Part shown: positions 1 through 13,207 of the stretch, piece by piece
Position numbering within the stretch: the stretch's first letter is position 1
How the letters are laid out: each line of letters starts with the position of its first letter
Source: Heterodontus francisci
Lineage: Eukaryota
Reading direction: 5' to 3'
Length of the DNA stretch: 64,000 bases
NCBI RefSeq assembly: GCF_036365525.1
Contig: NC_090374.1
Location: forward strand, 75,909,699-75,973,698
Notes under the pieces: model-generated
What the model was told of the DNA's origin: nothing
Databases searched by the model: none
Seen by the model: only the letters and a program-made list of their open reading frames with translations
Position numbers and translations under genes: made by a program

Positions 1-2930
1 ACTCAGGAGATATTATTAGAGATGTTGGAAATCATGAGGGTAAGAAAGCTAGCATAAAGGCACTTTACCTGAATGCTCGTAGCATTCGTAACAAGGTTGA
101 TGAGTTAACGGCACAAATCATCGTGAATGAATAGGATTTGGTAGCCATTACGGAGACATGGTTACAGGTTGGTCATGACTGGGAGTTAAATATCCAGGGG
201 TACCAGACTATTCGGAAGGACAGACAGGAAGGTAAGGGAGGTGGTGTAGCTCTGATAATCAAGGACGACATCAGGGCGGTGCTGAGAGATGATATAGGTT
301 CTATGGAGAATGAGGTTGAATCCATTTGGGTGGAAATTAGAAACTCTAAGAAGAAGAAGTCATTGATAGGCATAGTCTATAGGCCACCAAATAATATCAC
401 ATTGGGGCGGGCAATAAACAAAGAAATAACTAATGCCTGTAAAAATGGTACGGCAATTATCATAGGGGATTTTAATCTACATGTAGATTGGTCGAACCAG
501 CTCAGTCAGGGTAGCCTTGAGGAGGAGTTCGTTGAGTGTATCCGTGATAGTTTTCTTGAACAGTATGTAATGGAACAGACGAGGGAGCAAGCTATCCTAG
601 ATCTAGTCCCGTGTAATGAGACAGGAATAATTAATGACCTCATAGTTAGGGATCCTCTTGGAAGGAGTGATCACAGTATGGTTGAATTTAGAATACAGAT
701 GGAGAGTGTGAAGATAAAATCCAATACCAGGGTCCTGCGCTTGAACAAGGGGGACTACATTAGAATGAGGGAGGACTTGGCTAAAGTAGACTGGAAACAA
801 AGATTTTATGGTGGGACAGTTGACTAGCAGTGGAGGACTTTCAAAGCAATTTTTCAAAGTGCTCAGCAAAAGTATATTCCAGTGAAAAGGAAGGACTGGA
901 AGAAAAGGGGTAATCTGCCATGGGTGTCTAAGGAAATAAGGGAGGCTATCAAATTGAAAGAGAAGGCATACAAAGTGGCCAAAAACAGCATGAAACTAGA
1001 AGATTGGGAAAACTTCAAAGGTCAACAGAAAGGCACAAAAAGAGCTATAAAGAAAAGTAAGATAGAACATGAGAAAAAACTAGCACAGAATATAAAGACA
1101 GATAGCAAAAATTTCTATAAATAGATAAAACGTAAGAGTGGCTAAAGTAAACGTTGGTCCTTTAGAGGATGAGAAGGGGAATTTAGTTATGGGATATGAT
1201 GAAATGGCCGAGGCATTAAACAGGTATTTTGTATCGGTCTTCACAGTGGAGGACACTAATAACATGCCAGTAATTGACAAAGAGACGAACGTAGGTGAGG
1301 ACCTGGAAACAATCATTATTACGGAAGAGGTAGTGTTGGGCAAGCTAATGGAGCTAAGGATTGATAAGTCTCCTGGCCCTGATGGAATGCATCCCAGGGT
1401 CCTAAAAGAGATGGCAGGAGAAATAGCAGGTGCACTGGCGGTAATTTTCCAAAATTCGCTGGTAGTCCCAGCAGATTGGAAAACAGCAGATGTGACGCCA
1501 CTGTTTAAAAAGGGAGGTAGACAAAAGATGGGGAATTATAGACCGGTTAGCTTAACTTCTGTCGTGGGGAAGATGCTTGAGTCTATTATCAAGGAAGAAA
1601 TAGCAGGGCATCTCGATAGAAATTGTCCCGTTGGGCAGACGCAGCATGGGTTCATGAAGGGCAGGTCATGCTTGACAAATCTTTTGGAATTCTATGATGA
1701 CATTACGAGCAAGGTGGACAATGGGGACCCAGTGGATGTGGTGTACCTAGATTTCCAAAAGGCCTTCGACAAGGTGCCGCACAAGAGGCTGAAGCATAAG
1801 ATAAGGATGCATGGCGTTAGGGGTAAAGTATTAGCATGGATAGAGGATTGGTTGACTAACAGGAAGCAGAGAGTGGGGATAAATGAGTGCTATTCTGGCT
1901 GGCAATCAGTCACTAGTGGTGTGCCTCAGGGATCTGTGTTAGGACCGCAATTATTTACAATTTATATAGATGATTTGGAGTTGGGGGACCACGTGTAGGG
2001 TGTCAAAGTTTGCAGATGACACTAAGATGAGTGGCAGAGCAAAGTGTGCAGATGACAAACTTTGCAGAGGAACATAGATACATTGAGTGAGTGGGCAAAG
2101 GTCTGGCAGATGGAATACAATGTTAATAAATGTGAAGTCATTCATTTCGGTAGGAGTAACAGTAAAAAGGATTATTATTTGAATGGTAAAACGTTGCAGC
2201 ATGCTGCTATGCAGAGGGACCTGGGTGTCCTTGTGCATGAATCGCAGAAGGTTGGTCTGCAGGTACAGCAAGTAATTAGGAAGGCAAATGGAATTTTGTC
2301 CTTCATTGCTAAAGGGATTGAGTTTAAAAGCAGAGAGGTTATGTTGCAGCTGTATAAGGTACTGGTGAGGCCGCACCTGGAGTACTGTGTGCAGTTTTGG
2401 TCTCCTTACTTGAGAAAGGATGTACTGGCACTGGAGGGGGTGCAGAGGAGGTTCACTAGGTTGATTCCAGAGTTGAGGGGGTTGGCTTATGAGGAGAGAC
2501 TGAGTAGATTGGGATTATATTCATTGGAATTCAGAAGAATGAGGGGGGGGGATCTTATAGAAACATATAAAATCATGAAGGGAATAGATAAGATACAAGT
2601 AGAGAGGATGTTTCCACTGGCAGGTGAAGCTAGGACAAGAGGGCATAGCCTTAAGATTAGAGGGAGCAGATTTAGGACTGAATTGAGAAGGAACTTCTTC
2701 ACCCAGAGGGTTGTTAATCTATGGAATTCCTTGCCTAGTGAAGTAGTTGACGCTTCTTCAGTAAACGTCTTTAAAGCTAAGGTAGATATCTTTTTGAACA
2801 ATAAAGGAATTAAGGGATACGGTGAGAGCGCGGGTAAGTGGATCTGAGTCCACGAAAAGATCAGCCATGATCTTATTGAATGGCGGAGCAGGCTCGAGGG
2901 GCCGGACGGCCTACTCCTAGTTCTTATGAC
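1..2930 (+). mobile_element. CR1 LINE, near-intact ORF2 (APE endonuclease + RT) and 3' tail; runs off the window start
   Basis: ORFs 138-827 (ITETW, GGGVAL, YRPP, GDFN, SDH), 1138-1998 ([32 protein letters not shown]) and 2062-2847 (LYKVLVRPHLEYCVQFWSP). Only a few stops or frameshifts. Confidence 0.95.
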
Positions 2931-3521
2931 TACACAAGCCTGCACCACTGTATAAAGATTTCATAGTTCTATGAAACTCAAAGGACTACTCAATAGAGCT
3001 AGTAATCATTGTGTAACTAAACATGAAAAATTCCTTAGATGCAAGTATTATCCAATTTAAGCCTTCCTCTATAATGAGTGCAGCATTGTGCTTGCTACTT
3101 GCCAAGCTGCTGTATTATTTTAATAAGCTTGTCACAGAAAATGATGGAAACCTCTAATCTCAGCCATAACGTTAGAAGCAGTAAGCAACCATAAGTGAAG
3201 CATTTATCCCCACAAACAAGGAATTGATCTCCAGTCACTTTCTCCTGCAATTGATCGAAATCAAGGGAATCAGCAATTTATCCTTTATAAAGTAGCCTAA
3301 TGTAGAGACCAAAAAGGGGAGAAATTCTAAGTTAGATTAAAGAACTTGCATTTCTTAGAATATTACTAAATATAACAGGTTATAAAATATTTAAGTGTAT
3401 AGTCACTGTGACTTAGGCAAAAGTGGCAAACAACCTGCACACAGAATACGAAATGACAGGTTTCTGGATTATTAATAGTTTTTTTCTTCAATGAAAGGAT
3501 TGAATTAGTTTCTAGGAAAAA

Positions 3522-3626
3522 ATAGTCTTGCATTATTTTTGCACCTTTCACAACCTCAGGACTTCATTGGCTGTAAAGCATTTTGGGAAGTACTTTTTGA
3601 AATGTAGTCACTGTTGTAATATAGGA
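3522..3626 (-). mobile_element. DeuSINE/SacSINE1-like 3' tail fragment with an internal micro-inversion
   Basis: Reverse complement resembles cctacattacaacagtgactac...aagtacttc...ctgaggttgtgaaaggtgc...aatgcaag, the same tail seen at 62130-62220. Confidence 0.65.
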
Positions 3627-4775
3627 ATCACAGAATGGTTACAGGCCTGTAACCAGTCATTTGACCTGTCCAGATCATGCTGACTCTCAGCAAGAGCAAT
3701 TTAGTTAGTCCCACTCGCCCCTCCCTTTCCCCATAGCCCTGTAAAACTTTTCCCTTCACGATTGAATCTGCCTCCACCACCCTTTCAAGCAGTGCATTTC
3801 AGATCATTAACCACTTGGAGCATAAAGAATTTTTTCCCTCATGTTGCCTTGGGTTCTTTGGCCAATCACCTGGTTCTCAACACTTCCACCAATGGAACAA
3901 TTTCTCTCTATCTCCTCTGTCTAGACTCATGATTTTGAGCACCTCTAACAAATCTCCTCTCAACCTTCTCTGCTCTGAGAACAACCACAGCTTCTACAGA
4001 CTATCCGCGTAACTGAAATCTCTCGGCCCTGGAACCAGTCTCAAATCTTTCCCGCACTCTCCCTAAAGCCTTCACATCTTTCTGAAAGTGTGCTCAGAAT
4101 TGGACACAATACTCCAGTTGACACCAAACCAGAGTTTTATAAAGGTTCATCATAAATTTCTTGCTTTTATCTTGTATGCCTTGATTTATAATCCAGGATG
4201 CCATATGCTTTAGTAACCACTTTCTCTACCTGCCCTACCACCTTCAATTTGTGCCCATATACCCCCAGATCTTTGTTCCTGCACCCCATTTAGAATTGCA
4301 CCTATCACTTTATATTGCCTCTTCACATTCTTCCAACTAAAATGTATCCACTTCACACTTGTCTGCATTAAATTTCATCTGCCCATGCCACCAGCACAAC
4401 CCCCCTCACAGTTCACTATACTTCCAAGTTTTGTGTCACTGACAAATTTTGAAATTGTGCCCTGTACAAAGTCCAAATCATGAATACAGATCAAGAAAAG
4501 CAGTGGTCCTAGTACCAATCCGTGGAGACCACCACTTTCTCCAGTCCAAAATACAAACCATTTACTACTATTCAGTTTCCTGTCACTTCGCTAATTTTGT
4601 ATCCATGCTGTCACTGTCCCTTTTATTCCACAGGCTTCAACTTTGCTGGCATCCCTATTATGTAGTACTTCATCAAACGCCTTTTGGAAGTCCATAGCCA
4701 CCACATAACTGCATTAAGGTAACGGCGAGGGTTGATAAGGTTATGAAAAAATTCAATCAAGTTCACTAAATACAA
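3627..4775 (-). mobile_element. Degraded CR1 3' fragment
   Basis: Reverse complement of CR1 RT C-terminus and tail (ggacacaatactccag; aaacgccttttggaagtccata). Confidence 0.8.
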
Positions 4776-5819
4776 GTTGCCTTTAAAAGTGAAGTCACAC
4801 AAGGCATGGAAGATTGCGCATTAAAAGCAGAGGCTAGTTTGGGGTTGCCACAACTCAGTCTATTTTAAACTGATACAACAAGGAACGGTTTGTCTCAGCT
4901 TAGTCCCATCAAACAGGATGAGGAGGAACATTAAGCAATTAGTAATTCTGCTGCAAGTAGGCAGCGGAAGAGGTGTATGCAAAGAATATACTCCTGCAAA
5001 AGGAGGTAGCCAGTTAAGACTATAGGCATGTGGGTGAATCCCTGCTGGTAAATCTCTGCACCACCCTTCTGCTTCCAGATATCAGAATTAATTGAGAAGC
5101 AAACCCATGGTCAGGGGCAGTGAAACTTTCATAACTAATTAAAATCAATTATATTTTTAATTACAACTCTAAAGCACATTTGAAAAATTTTCTACATTAC
5201 AGTCAAAACAAAGACATTGTATGTTAAAATAGAATGGGTGACATTTCATTGCAGGATGCATTGAACACAGCTATGTCAGGTTCCGACTTTCGCAAAATCC
5301 ATTTGAGTGCTGCAGCAAACATTATACATGCAGGTGATATACTGTGGTAGATCTAATATTGTAAGGTCTGTCAGTGCTTGTTCCCAAGAACCAGCTCTAG
5401 TACAGTATTTCAGCTTTGACAGACAACATGCATTGCCACTCCAAAGACAGTGTTGCAAGTGTTTTGTTTACCCTTCTGAAATCGATCTGCACCAAAGTAA
5501 ATTTTTAAAATTAAAAATGCAATTATTTCATGTCTTAATGGCTTCGAGCTTCAGTTGAAGTAATAAAAGCAAACCAATAAATGCAGCCTCAAACCAATTG
5601 CGGATCCTGCGCAGAGATGCTCCCATTGTACTCTGTAGAGCGCTTCAAAGCCACCGATTGTCTCTGGTTGGAGTAGAATTAGACTATCTCCCAACAACCT
5701 CCCCCCAACGCCACTGCTCACCCCCCCAACCCATCCTAAAGTTTTTCAATCCTGAACATTTGCCCGAAATGTACCTCAATGCAGAGACCAGTTTCTCAAT
5801 CCCAGAAAGCACATAGTTT

Positions 5820-6062
5820 TCCAATGGTGCCATGAAACCATAATCGATTGTCATAAAAAAACTCATCAGGTTCACTAATGTCCTTTAGGAAAGGAAATCA
5901 TCTGTCCTTACCTGGTCTGGCCTACATGTGACTCCAGACCCACAGCAATGTGGTTAGTGCTTAACTGCCCTCTGAAATGGCCTAGCAAGCCACTCAGTTG
6001 TCAAGGGCAATTAGGGATGGGCAACAAATGCTTGCCTTGCCAGTGACATCCAAATCCCACAC
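5820..6062 (+). mobile_element. 5'-truncated tRNA-head SINE (body + LINE-derived tail)
   Basis: ggttcactaatgtcctttagg...ccttacctggtctggcctacatgtgactccagacccacagcaatgtgg...cactcagttgtcaagggcaattagggatgggcaa. Homologous copies at 38970-40665, 51790-53060 and 62745-63148. Confidence 0.85.
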
Positions 6063-6671
6063 ACACTCAGGACATGATAGAAAAGCAGCAAATGTACACC
6101 TAGAGCAGTATGTAAATTATATTTGCCGTGGACAGTCCCAGACTCATGCTTCTCTCAATCCCTGGCTGCCCACCATAAGCCAGCAATTATTCTTCCAGTG
6201 TTACTGCATAGACATAATCTAACCATAAGAATGCATTTCAATTTTGTTTCTGAAGTAAATCAAATTGCTCTGGCTATAAATAAACTGCATAAAATACTTG
6301 ACAGTATGTTGACCTCGCAGTAAGCAGTAGCAGATGTGACAGTTGTCTTGAACTCAGAAAAGGCTACATTATACTGCAGTTTCCAAATCCTCTCCTCCAA
6401 CACTTCCAAACATAGCCAAAACCAGGTCCGTTGGCATTGGAGGTTTATAGGATATATAGTTACACTATGACAGCTATGACACTGCAAATATTATACAAGA
6501 TTTATACCACATCCCAAATAGGGAATGTAAACCGAGTGGTAAGACTATAATTTGTTTAATTTTATTAGCTATAATCAGCACATTGCATTTTTCTCCCGAT
6601 AATCTTAAGTTACAGTTGAGTGAACAGAACACCACCAGTAATTGCAAACTTGTGTAATGAGGATGTAGTGC

Positions 6672-8345
6672 CATACGAACATACGAATTAGCAGACGACC
6701 ATTCGGCTCCTCTAGCCTGCTCCGCCATTCAAGATAATGGCTGATCTATTTGTGTCTCTAATTCGATACTCCCATCTACCCGACAACCTTTGATTCCCTT
6801 GCCCAAGAATCTATCTACCGCCGCAAAAATATTCAATGACCCCGCCTGCACCACCTTCTGAGGCAGAGAGTTCCAAAGACGTACAACCCTCAGAAAATTT
6901 CTCCCCATGTCTGTAATAAAAGGACAACCCCTAATTTTAAAGCAGTGCCCCCTAGTTCTGGACTCACCCACAAGTGGAAACATCCTCTCCACATCCACCT
7001 TGTCTAGACCGTTCAGGATCTTAGAAACTTCAATCAAGTCCCCCCTGCCCCTCATTCTTCTAAACTCCACTGAAAACAAGCCCAGACTGTCCAACCTTTC
7101 CTCATAAGACAACCCAATCATTCCAGGTATCAATCTAGTAAACCTCCTCTGAATCGCCTCCAAAGCATTCACATCCTTCCTTAAATAAGGAAATCAAAAC
7201 TGCACACAGTATTCGTGATGTGGTCTCACCAATGCCCTGTATAACTGAAGCATAACATCCTTACTTCTATTTTCAACTCCTCTCATAATAAAGGATAGCA
7301 TTCCATTAGCCTTCTTGATTACTTGCTGTACCTGCATACTAACTTTGTGACTCATGCACGAGAACACCTAAATCCCTCTGCAGCTAGGAATTCTGCAGAC
7401 GTACTCCATTTAAGTAATACACTTTCTTATTCTTCGTGCCAAAAAGTGAACAATTTACATTTTCCCACATTATACTCCATCTGCCAGATTTTTGTCCTTC
7501 ACTCAACCTATCTATATCAGTCTGTAACCTCCCCATTTCCTCTTCACAACATACTTTCCTACCTATCTTTGTCATCTGCAAATTTAGCTACCATGCCATC
7601 GCTCCCCTCATCTAAGTTGTTGATATAAATTGTAAAAAGTTGAGGCCCCAGAGAACCCTGCGGGACTCCACTCGTCACATCCCCCCAATCAGAAAAGGAC
7701 CCATTTATGCATTATCTGTTTTCTGCCAGCCAGCCAATCTTCTATCCCCTACACCGTAAGATCCTACTATGCGCAGTAACCTTTTATGTGGCACCTTGTC
7801 AAATGCCTTCTGGAAATCCAAGTACAGTACGTCAACAGGCTCCCCTTTATCCACAGCATGTCACTCCTTCAAAGAACTCCAATAAATTGGTTAAACAGGA
7901 TTTTCCTTTCACAAAACCATGCTGACTATTCCCAATTACTGTGAGTTTTTCCTAAGTGCCCAGTCATTGCCTCCTTAATGATCGATTCCAATACCTTCCT
8001 CACAACAGACGTCAAACTAACTGGTCTATAGTTACCTGTGCTCTGCCTACCCCCCACCCCCTCTTGAATAGAGGAGTTATATTTGCTACTTTCCAGTGTG
8101 ATGGAACCTTTCCAGAATCCAGCGAATTTTGAAAATTTAACACCAACACATCTAAAAGCTCATTAGCCACCTCTTTTCAGACCCTAGGATAAAGCCCATC
8201 AGGACCCGACTTATCAGCCCACAGATCCATCTGTTTGCTCAGTACCTCTTCCCCAGTGATTGTAATTTCACCGTTCCTCTTTTCCTTCCATCTCCTGATT
8301 TATAGCTATTACTGGAACGTTTTTTTTGCATCATCTATAGTGAGC
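6672..8345 (-). mobile_element. CR1 LINE, 5'-truncated
   Basis: ORF 6729-7172 (LEAIQRRFTRLIPGM...YEERLDSLGLFSVEFRRMRG); RT relics extend to about 8345. Confidence 0.9.
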
Positions 8346-9049
8346 TTACCAGTCAGTTCACTGCCACCACCATCACCACCCCCCCCCCCCCCAAGACAAA
8401 TATTAGGAACCCAGCCCATAAAAGGGAAAAGAGATGGAGTATCCTCAACAATTCTTGGAAGATGGCGGCCAGTGGACAGTGAGGTGAAGAACCCCTGAAA
8501 AAACAGTGGAGTCCCAGCACCCAAGTGAAATGATCAAAGTAAAACATGAAAAATACAAGCGTCCCAACATCCATCTCCCACCCTCAAATGCACCTCCTTC
8601 ATGACCTATAATTCCCCTCCTTCAGAGTGAACAATAATCCGTGACCCATCCAGCCACAAGCAGCAAGTTGTGTTAGCATCACTCCTCTCATTGGCCCAAA
8701 TATCTTCAGTTCACTGTTGGCTGCAACACCTCCACCTCCATCCTCACTCTGGCTGACCTCTCATTCAATGTAGATTCCCCCTCATAGAATAACCTCGTCC
8801 CATCTTATTTTCCTGTTTACAGTAACTCCTTCCTACCAGACAGAATTTCCCATTCACAGAACCCTCTGCCTTCATCCTTTAGGCCATGTAAATAAAACTT
8901 TTAAAAAAAACAAATTCTGCAAGTTAGAACGTTCCCCAAAACAGCAGCCGAGTCCATAATTCAAACAATTTTCTTTTCTTAGCATAGTGAAAAGATCTGA
9001 AATTTAGAATTCTATGAGTCAGGATAAACAAAAGGATTTAGGTACACTA

Positions 9050-11738
9050 GCTTAGTGCTTACGTTACTAGACTAGTAATTCAGACACTAATTCAAATCCC
9101 ATTATAGGAGCTGATGTGAATTTAAATTCAGTTAATTAAAATAAACCTGGAATAAAAAGTTAGCATCACTAATGGTGACCATGTAACTACCAGATTGTTT
9201 GAAGAGGGAAGGAAATCTGCCACCTTTACCTCATCTGGCTTATATGATTTCAGACCCACAGCAATGTTGGCTGACTCTTATCTGCCCTCTGAAATGGTCC
9301 AGCAAGCCATTCAGTTGTATAAAACTGCTACAAGAAACAAGACAGACCAAAGACCTGAAGGACATATCTGCCAGACAGGGCCTAAGAACTTACTTCACCT
9401 AATCCTCACCAATCGACGTGTCACAGATGCATCTGTCCATGACAGTATTGGAAGGACTGAACAATGCACACTCCTTGTGAAGACCAAGTCCTGTCTTTAC
9501 ACAGAGGATATACTCTATTGTGTCATGTTGCAATACTATGCTAAATAGGATGGACTCAGAACAGATCTAGCAGCTTAAAACTGGGCACCCATGAGGCTCT
9601 GTGGGCCATCGGCATTCCACCACAATCTGTAACCTTGTGACCCTGTATATCTTTCACTCCATCATTACCCTCCTGCTAGGGAGCCAACCCTGGTTCAATG
9701 AAGAGTGCACGACAGAATGCTAGCAGCAGCACCAGGTATACTTGAAAATGAAGTGGCAATCTGGTGAAGCTACAACAGAGGACTGCATGCAAGCTGAACA
9801 ACAGAAGCAGCTTGCTATAGAGCTAACCGATCCCACAACTAGATCAAAGCTGTCTGAAGTCTTGCCATGTCCAGTCATGACTGGTGCTGGTCAATTAAAC
9901 AATTAATGGGAGGAGGAGGTTCCACAAACATCCCCATCCACAATGATAGCAAGGTCCAACATGTGAATGGAAAAGACAAAGTCGAGGCTTTGCAACCACT
10001 TTCAGCCAGCAGTGCTGCGTGGATGATCCATCAAAATCTCCTCCTGCGATCCCCACCATCACAGAAGCCAGTCTTCAGCCAATTCAATTCACTCCATGTG
10101 ATAAAGAAACAGCTAAACACACTGGACACAGCAAAGGCTATGGGCCTCGGCAACATCCCTGCTACAGTGCTGAAGACTCGTGCGCCTGGACTAGTCACAC
10201 CTCTAGCCAAACTGTTCCAGTACAGCTATAACACTAGCATCTACCTAGCGAAGTGGAAAATTGCCCAGGTATGCCCTGTCCCCAAAAAGCAGAATAAATC
10301 CAATCTGGCTATTTATTGCCCATTAGCCTACTCTCAATCATTAGCAAAGTAATGGAAGGGTCCATCAAGCAGCACTTGCTCATCAATAACCTTCTCATTG
10401 ATGCGCGGTCTGGATTCCTCCAGGATCACGCTGCTCCAGACCTCATTACAGCCTTGGCCCCAAACGTGAACAAAGGAGCTGAATTCCAGAAATGAAATGA
10501 GAGCGACTGCCCTTGACATCAAGTCAACATTTGACTGGGTGTGGGATTAAGGAGTCCTAGAAAAATTTAAGCCAATGGAATTCAGGGGGAAAACTGGTGT
10601 CATACCTAGCACAAAGGAAGATGGTTGTCATATAAAAGTTCTAATGAAAGGTCACAGACCTGAAAAGTTAACTCTGCTGCTCTCTCCAGAGATGCTGCCA
10701 GACCTGCTGAGTATTTTCAGCACTTAGTTTTTATTTGAGATTTCCAGCATGTGCAGTACTTTGCTTTTATTTAAGATGGCTGTGGTTGTTGGAGGCCAAT
10801 CATCTCAGCCCCAAGACATCGCTGCAGGAGTTCCTCAGGCCAGTGTCCTAGGCTCATGAATTTTCAGTTGCCTCATCAATGACTTTCCCTCCATCCTAAG
10901 ATCAGAAGTGAGGATGTTCACTGATGGTTGCACGGTATTCAGTTACATTCACAACTCCTCAGAAACTGAAGCAGTCCATGCCTGCATGCAATAAGATCTG
11001 GACAACATTCAGGTTTGGGCTGATAAGTAGCAAGTAACATTTGTGCCACACAAGTGCCAGGCAATGATCATCGAGAGAATCTAACCACATCCTCCTTGCA
11101 TTCAACAGCATTACCAACACCAAATCCCCCATCAACTTCCTGGGGGTTACCACTGACCAGAAACCTAACTGGACTGGCCACAAATACTGTGGCGACAAGA
11201 GCAGGTCATAGGCTGGGATTTCTCAGTAACTCACCTCCTGACTCCCCACCATCTACAAGGCTCAAGTTAGGAGTGTGATGGAACACTCTGCATTAGCTTG
11301 GATGACTGCAGCTCCAACATGCAAAGCTACACACCACCCAGGACAAAGCAGTTCGCTTGATTGAGACACTATCCACCACCTTAAATATTCACTCCCTCCA
11401 CACCATGGTTGCAATGTATACCATCTACAAAGGTGCATGCAGCAACACACCATGTCTTGTTCAAAAACTACCGCCTAGAAAGGAAAGGGCAGTAAGCACG
11501 TGGTAACACCGCCACCTCCACGCCTCACACCATCCAGACGTGGAAATATATCCTTCAACATCGCTGGGTCAAAATCCTAGGACTCCCTACTGAACAGCTA
11601 TGGGAGTAGCTTCACCTCATGGATTACAGCAGTTCAACATAGCTGCTCATCACACCCTTCTCAGGGACAATTAGAGATGGGGCAATAAATGGTGGCCTTA
11701 CAACTACACCCACATCCAATGAATAAATATAAAAAAGA
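9050..11738 (+). mobile_element. Degraded EN-RT LINE (CR1-group, distinct family) with tRNA-like/SINE-like 5' head
   Basis: The 5' part matches the SINE head and body. Then an EN relic (LILTN..VTDASVHDSIG) and RT motifs (LDTAKAMGLGNIPATVLKT.APGLVTPLAKLFQYSY; GVPQASVLG; MFTDGC). Ends in gggacaattagagatggggcaataaat...aataaatataaaaaa. Confidence 0.85.
10629..10772 (+). mobile_element. Penelope-like terminal fragment with decayed hammerhead motif, nested in the LINE
   Basis: ttctaatgaaaggtcacagacctgaaaagttaac...ctctccagagatgctgccagacctgctgagtattttcagca, flanked by aagatggttgt / aagatggctgt direct repeats. Confidence 0.75.
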
Positions 11739-11739
11739 T

Positions 11740-12420
11740 GTCCAAGTACACACATCATTAAAAGATAGTGCACTGGTAGAAAAAGTAATCAAAGACTAAT
11801 GGATGATGGCCTAAAGCACAACGGGAGATGGAGACATTGGAATTTAAAATGAGAAGTGTTGCTTCAGTTGTACAGAGCCCGAGTCAGAGCCCACCTGGTG
11901 TACTAGTCAGTTTTGGACATCAAACCTCAGGAAAGATGCATTTGCCTTGGAAAGGGAACAGCACAGATTCACCTGAATGAGAATAGGGCTTAAAAGACTA
12001 AATTATGAGAACATATTTCATAAACCGTGCTTTCATATGTTTGAGTTGTGATCTAATCCAATCAAAGTATTGAAAATGGTTGAAAGATTTGATAGTTTCA
12101 CTAGATTAACCCAATTTCCTCTCGTGGGGGAGTCCAGTACAAGTGGGAATAATCTTATTAGAGCTAGGCCACATGGACGTGAAATCAACAAGCACTTATT
12201 CACAGTTTGTGAAAATATGCAACTCCCTCTCAACTGGCTGTGCAGCCTGGGTCAATTGAAATTTTCAAAATTGAGATAGATGGAATTTTTTTTTGTTGGG
12301 GAAGGGCATGAAAGGATATGGAGCAAAGGCAGGTAAATGGAGTTGAGGTACAGATTAGACATTATTTAACTGAAAGGTAAAAAGGCTCTAGGAGCTGATT
12401 GACCACCTGCTCCGATGTGG
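11740..12420 (+). mobile_element. Old CR1 3' fragment
   Basis: Degenerate LVRPHL.Y / FPLVGESST.G motifs and a CR1-type tail. Confidence 0.7.
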
Positions 12421-12516
12421 TACATTCAAGTCTCCAGGAAAGTATGCAGTAAATTCACAACTGAAAGATTCAGGAAACAAATGACGCAACTTATGGCACA
12501 AGTCACAGATCACACT

Positions 12517-13207
12517 GGTTGGAATTTTACATTGAATGGATGGGAGCCGGACTCAGACGTGAAAGTTGATGGCGAACCCGCTTCCGCCCAGCCTGGGGAT
12601 CCGTCCCGTATTTTACGGATCTCTAGGCTTTAATTGTCCCGAGGCAGGATTTCCACCCACTTGAGGGAGGAGGACCCGCCTCAGTGAGCTGCTGGCCAAT
12701 CAGCGGGCCAGCAGCTCTTAGTCCCAGCAGTGCCACTGAGAGCGGTGGCCACTGCTGGGACTGCAGCCAAGCCAACACCATGGATCAAAGAGGGAAAGTA
12801 AGTGGGGCATGCCTCAGCAGGGGGATCGGTCCTTTCCTGGTGAGGCTCGAGTGTTTCTTTGGGGGGAGGGGGTGTCTTGGGTCCCAGGGGTAGATTGGGA
12901 GGCAGGGGCAGCCCTCAATTGGGTACTCTGTGCCCGACTGCCATGTCCCCCTCCCCCAGGGCGCGGAAAGGCCGGCAGCTTTCACTAGGCGGCCTTTCAC
13001 GTCCCCAGCATATCCTGTGGAGGCGGGCGAGGGCCGTTAAGTGGCCACTTAAGGGTCTTGATTGGCCTCGGGCGGGCAGGACATTTCCCACTCCCCCCAC
13101 TGTAAACTTGTCCGGAGGCGGAGTCAGGGCAGGTAGGCCTCCCGGAGCCTGCCGCTCAATTTTACACCGCCCTCACGCCACCACTGGGCCAGCATAAAAT
13201 TCCAGCC
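12517..13207. mobile_element. GC-rich non-autonomous DNA transposon (PIF/Harbinger-like MITE)
   Basis: TIRs ggttggaattttac ... ataaaattccagcc and 3-bp direct repeat ACT on both sides. Internal homology to 60614-60995. Confidence 0.75.

Noticed and set aside
8345-8885. Pyrimidine-rich stretch with a C-run that may be an old LINE relic
   Set aside because: No motif could be assigned with confidence.
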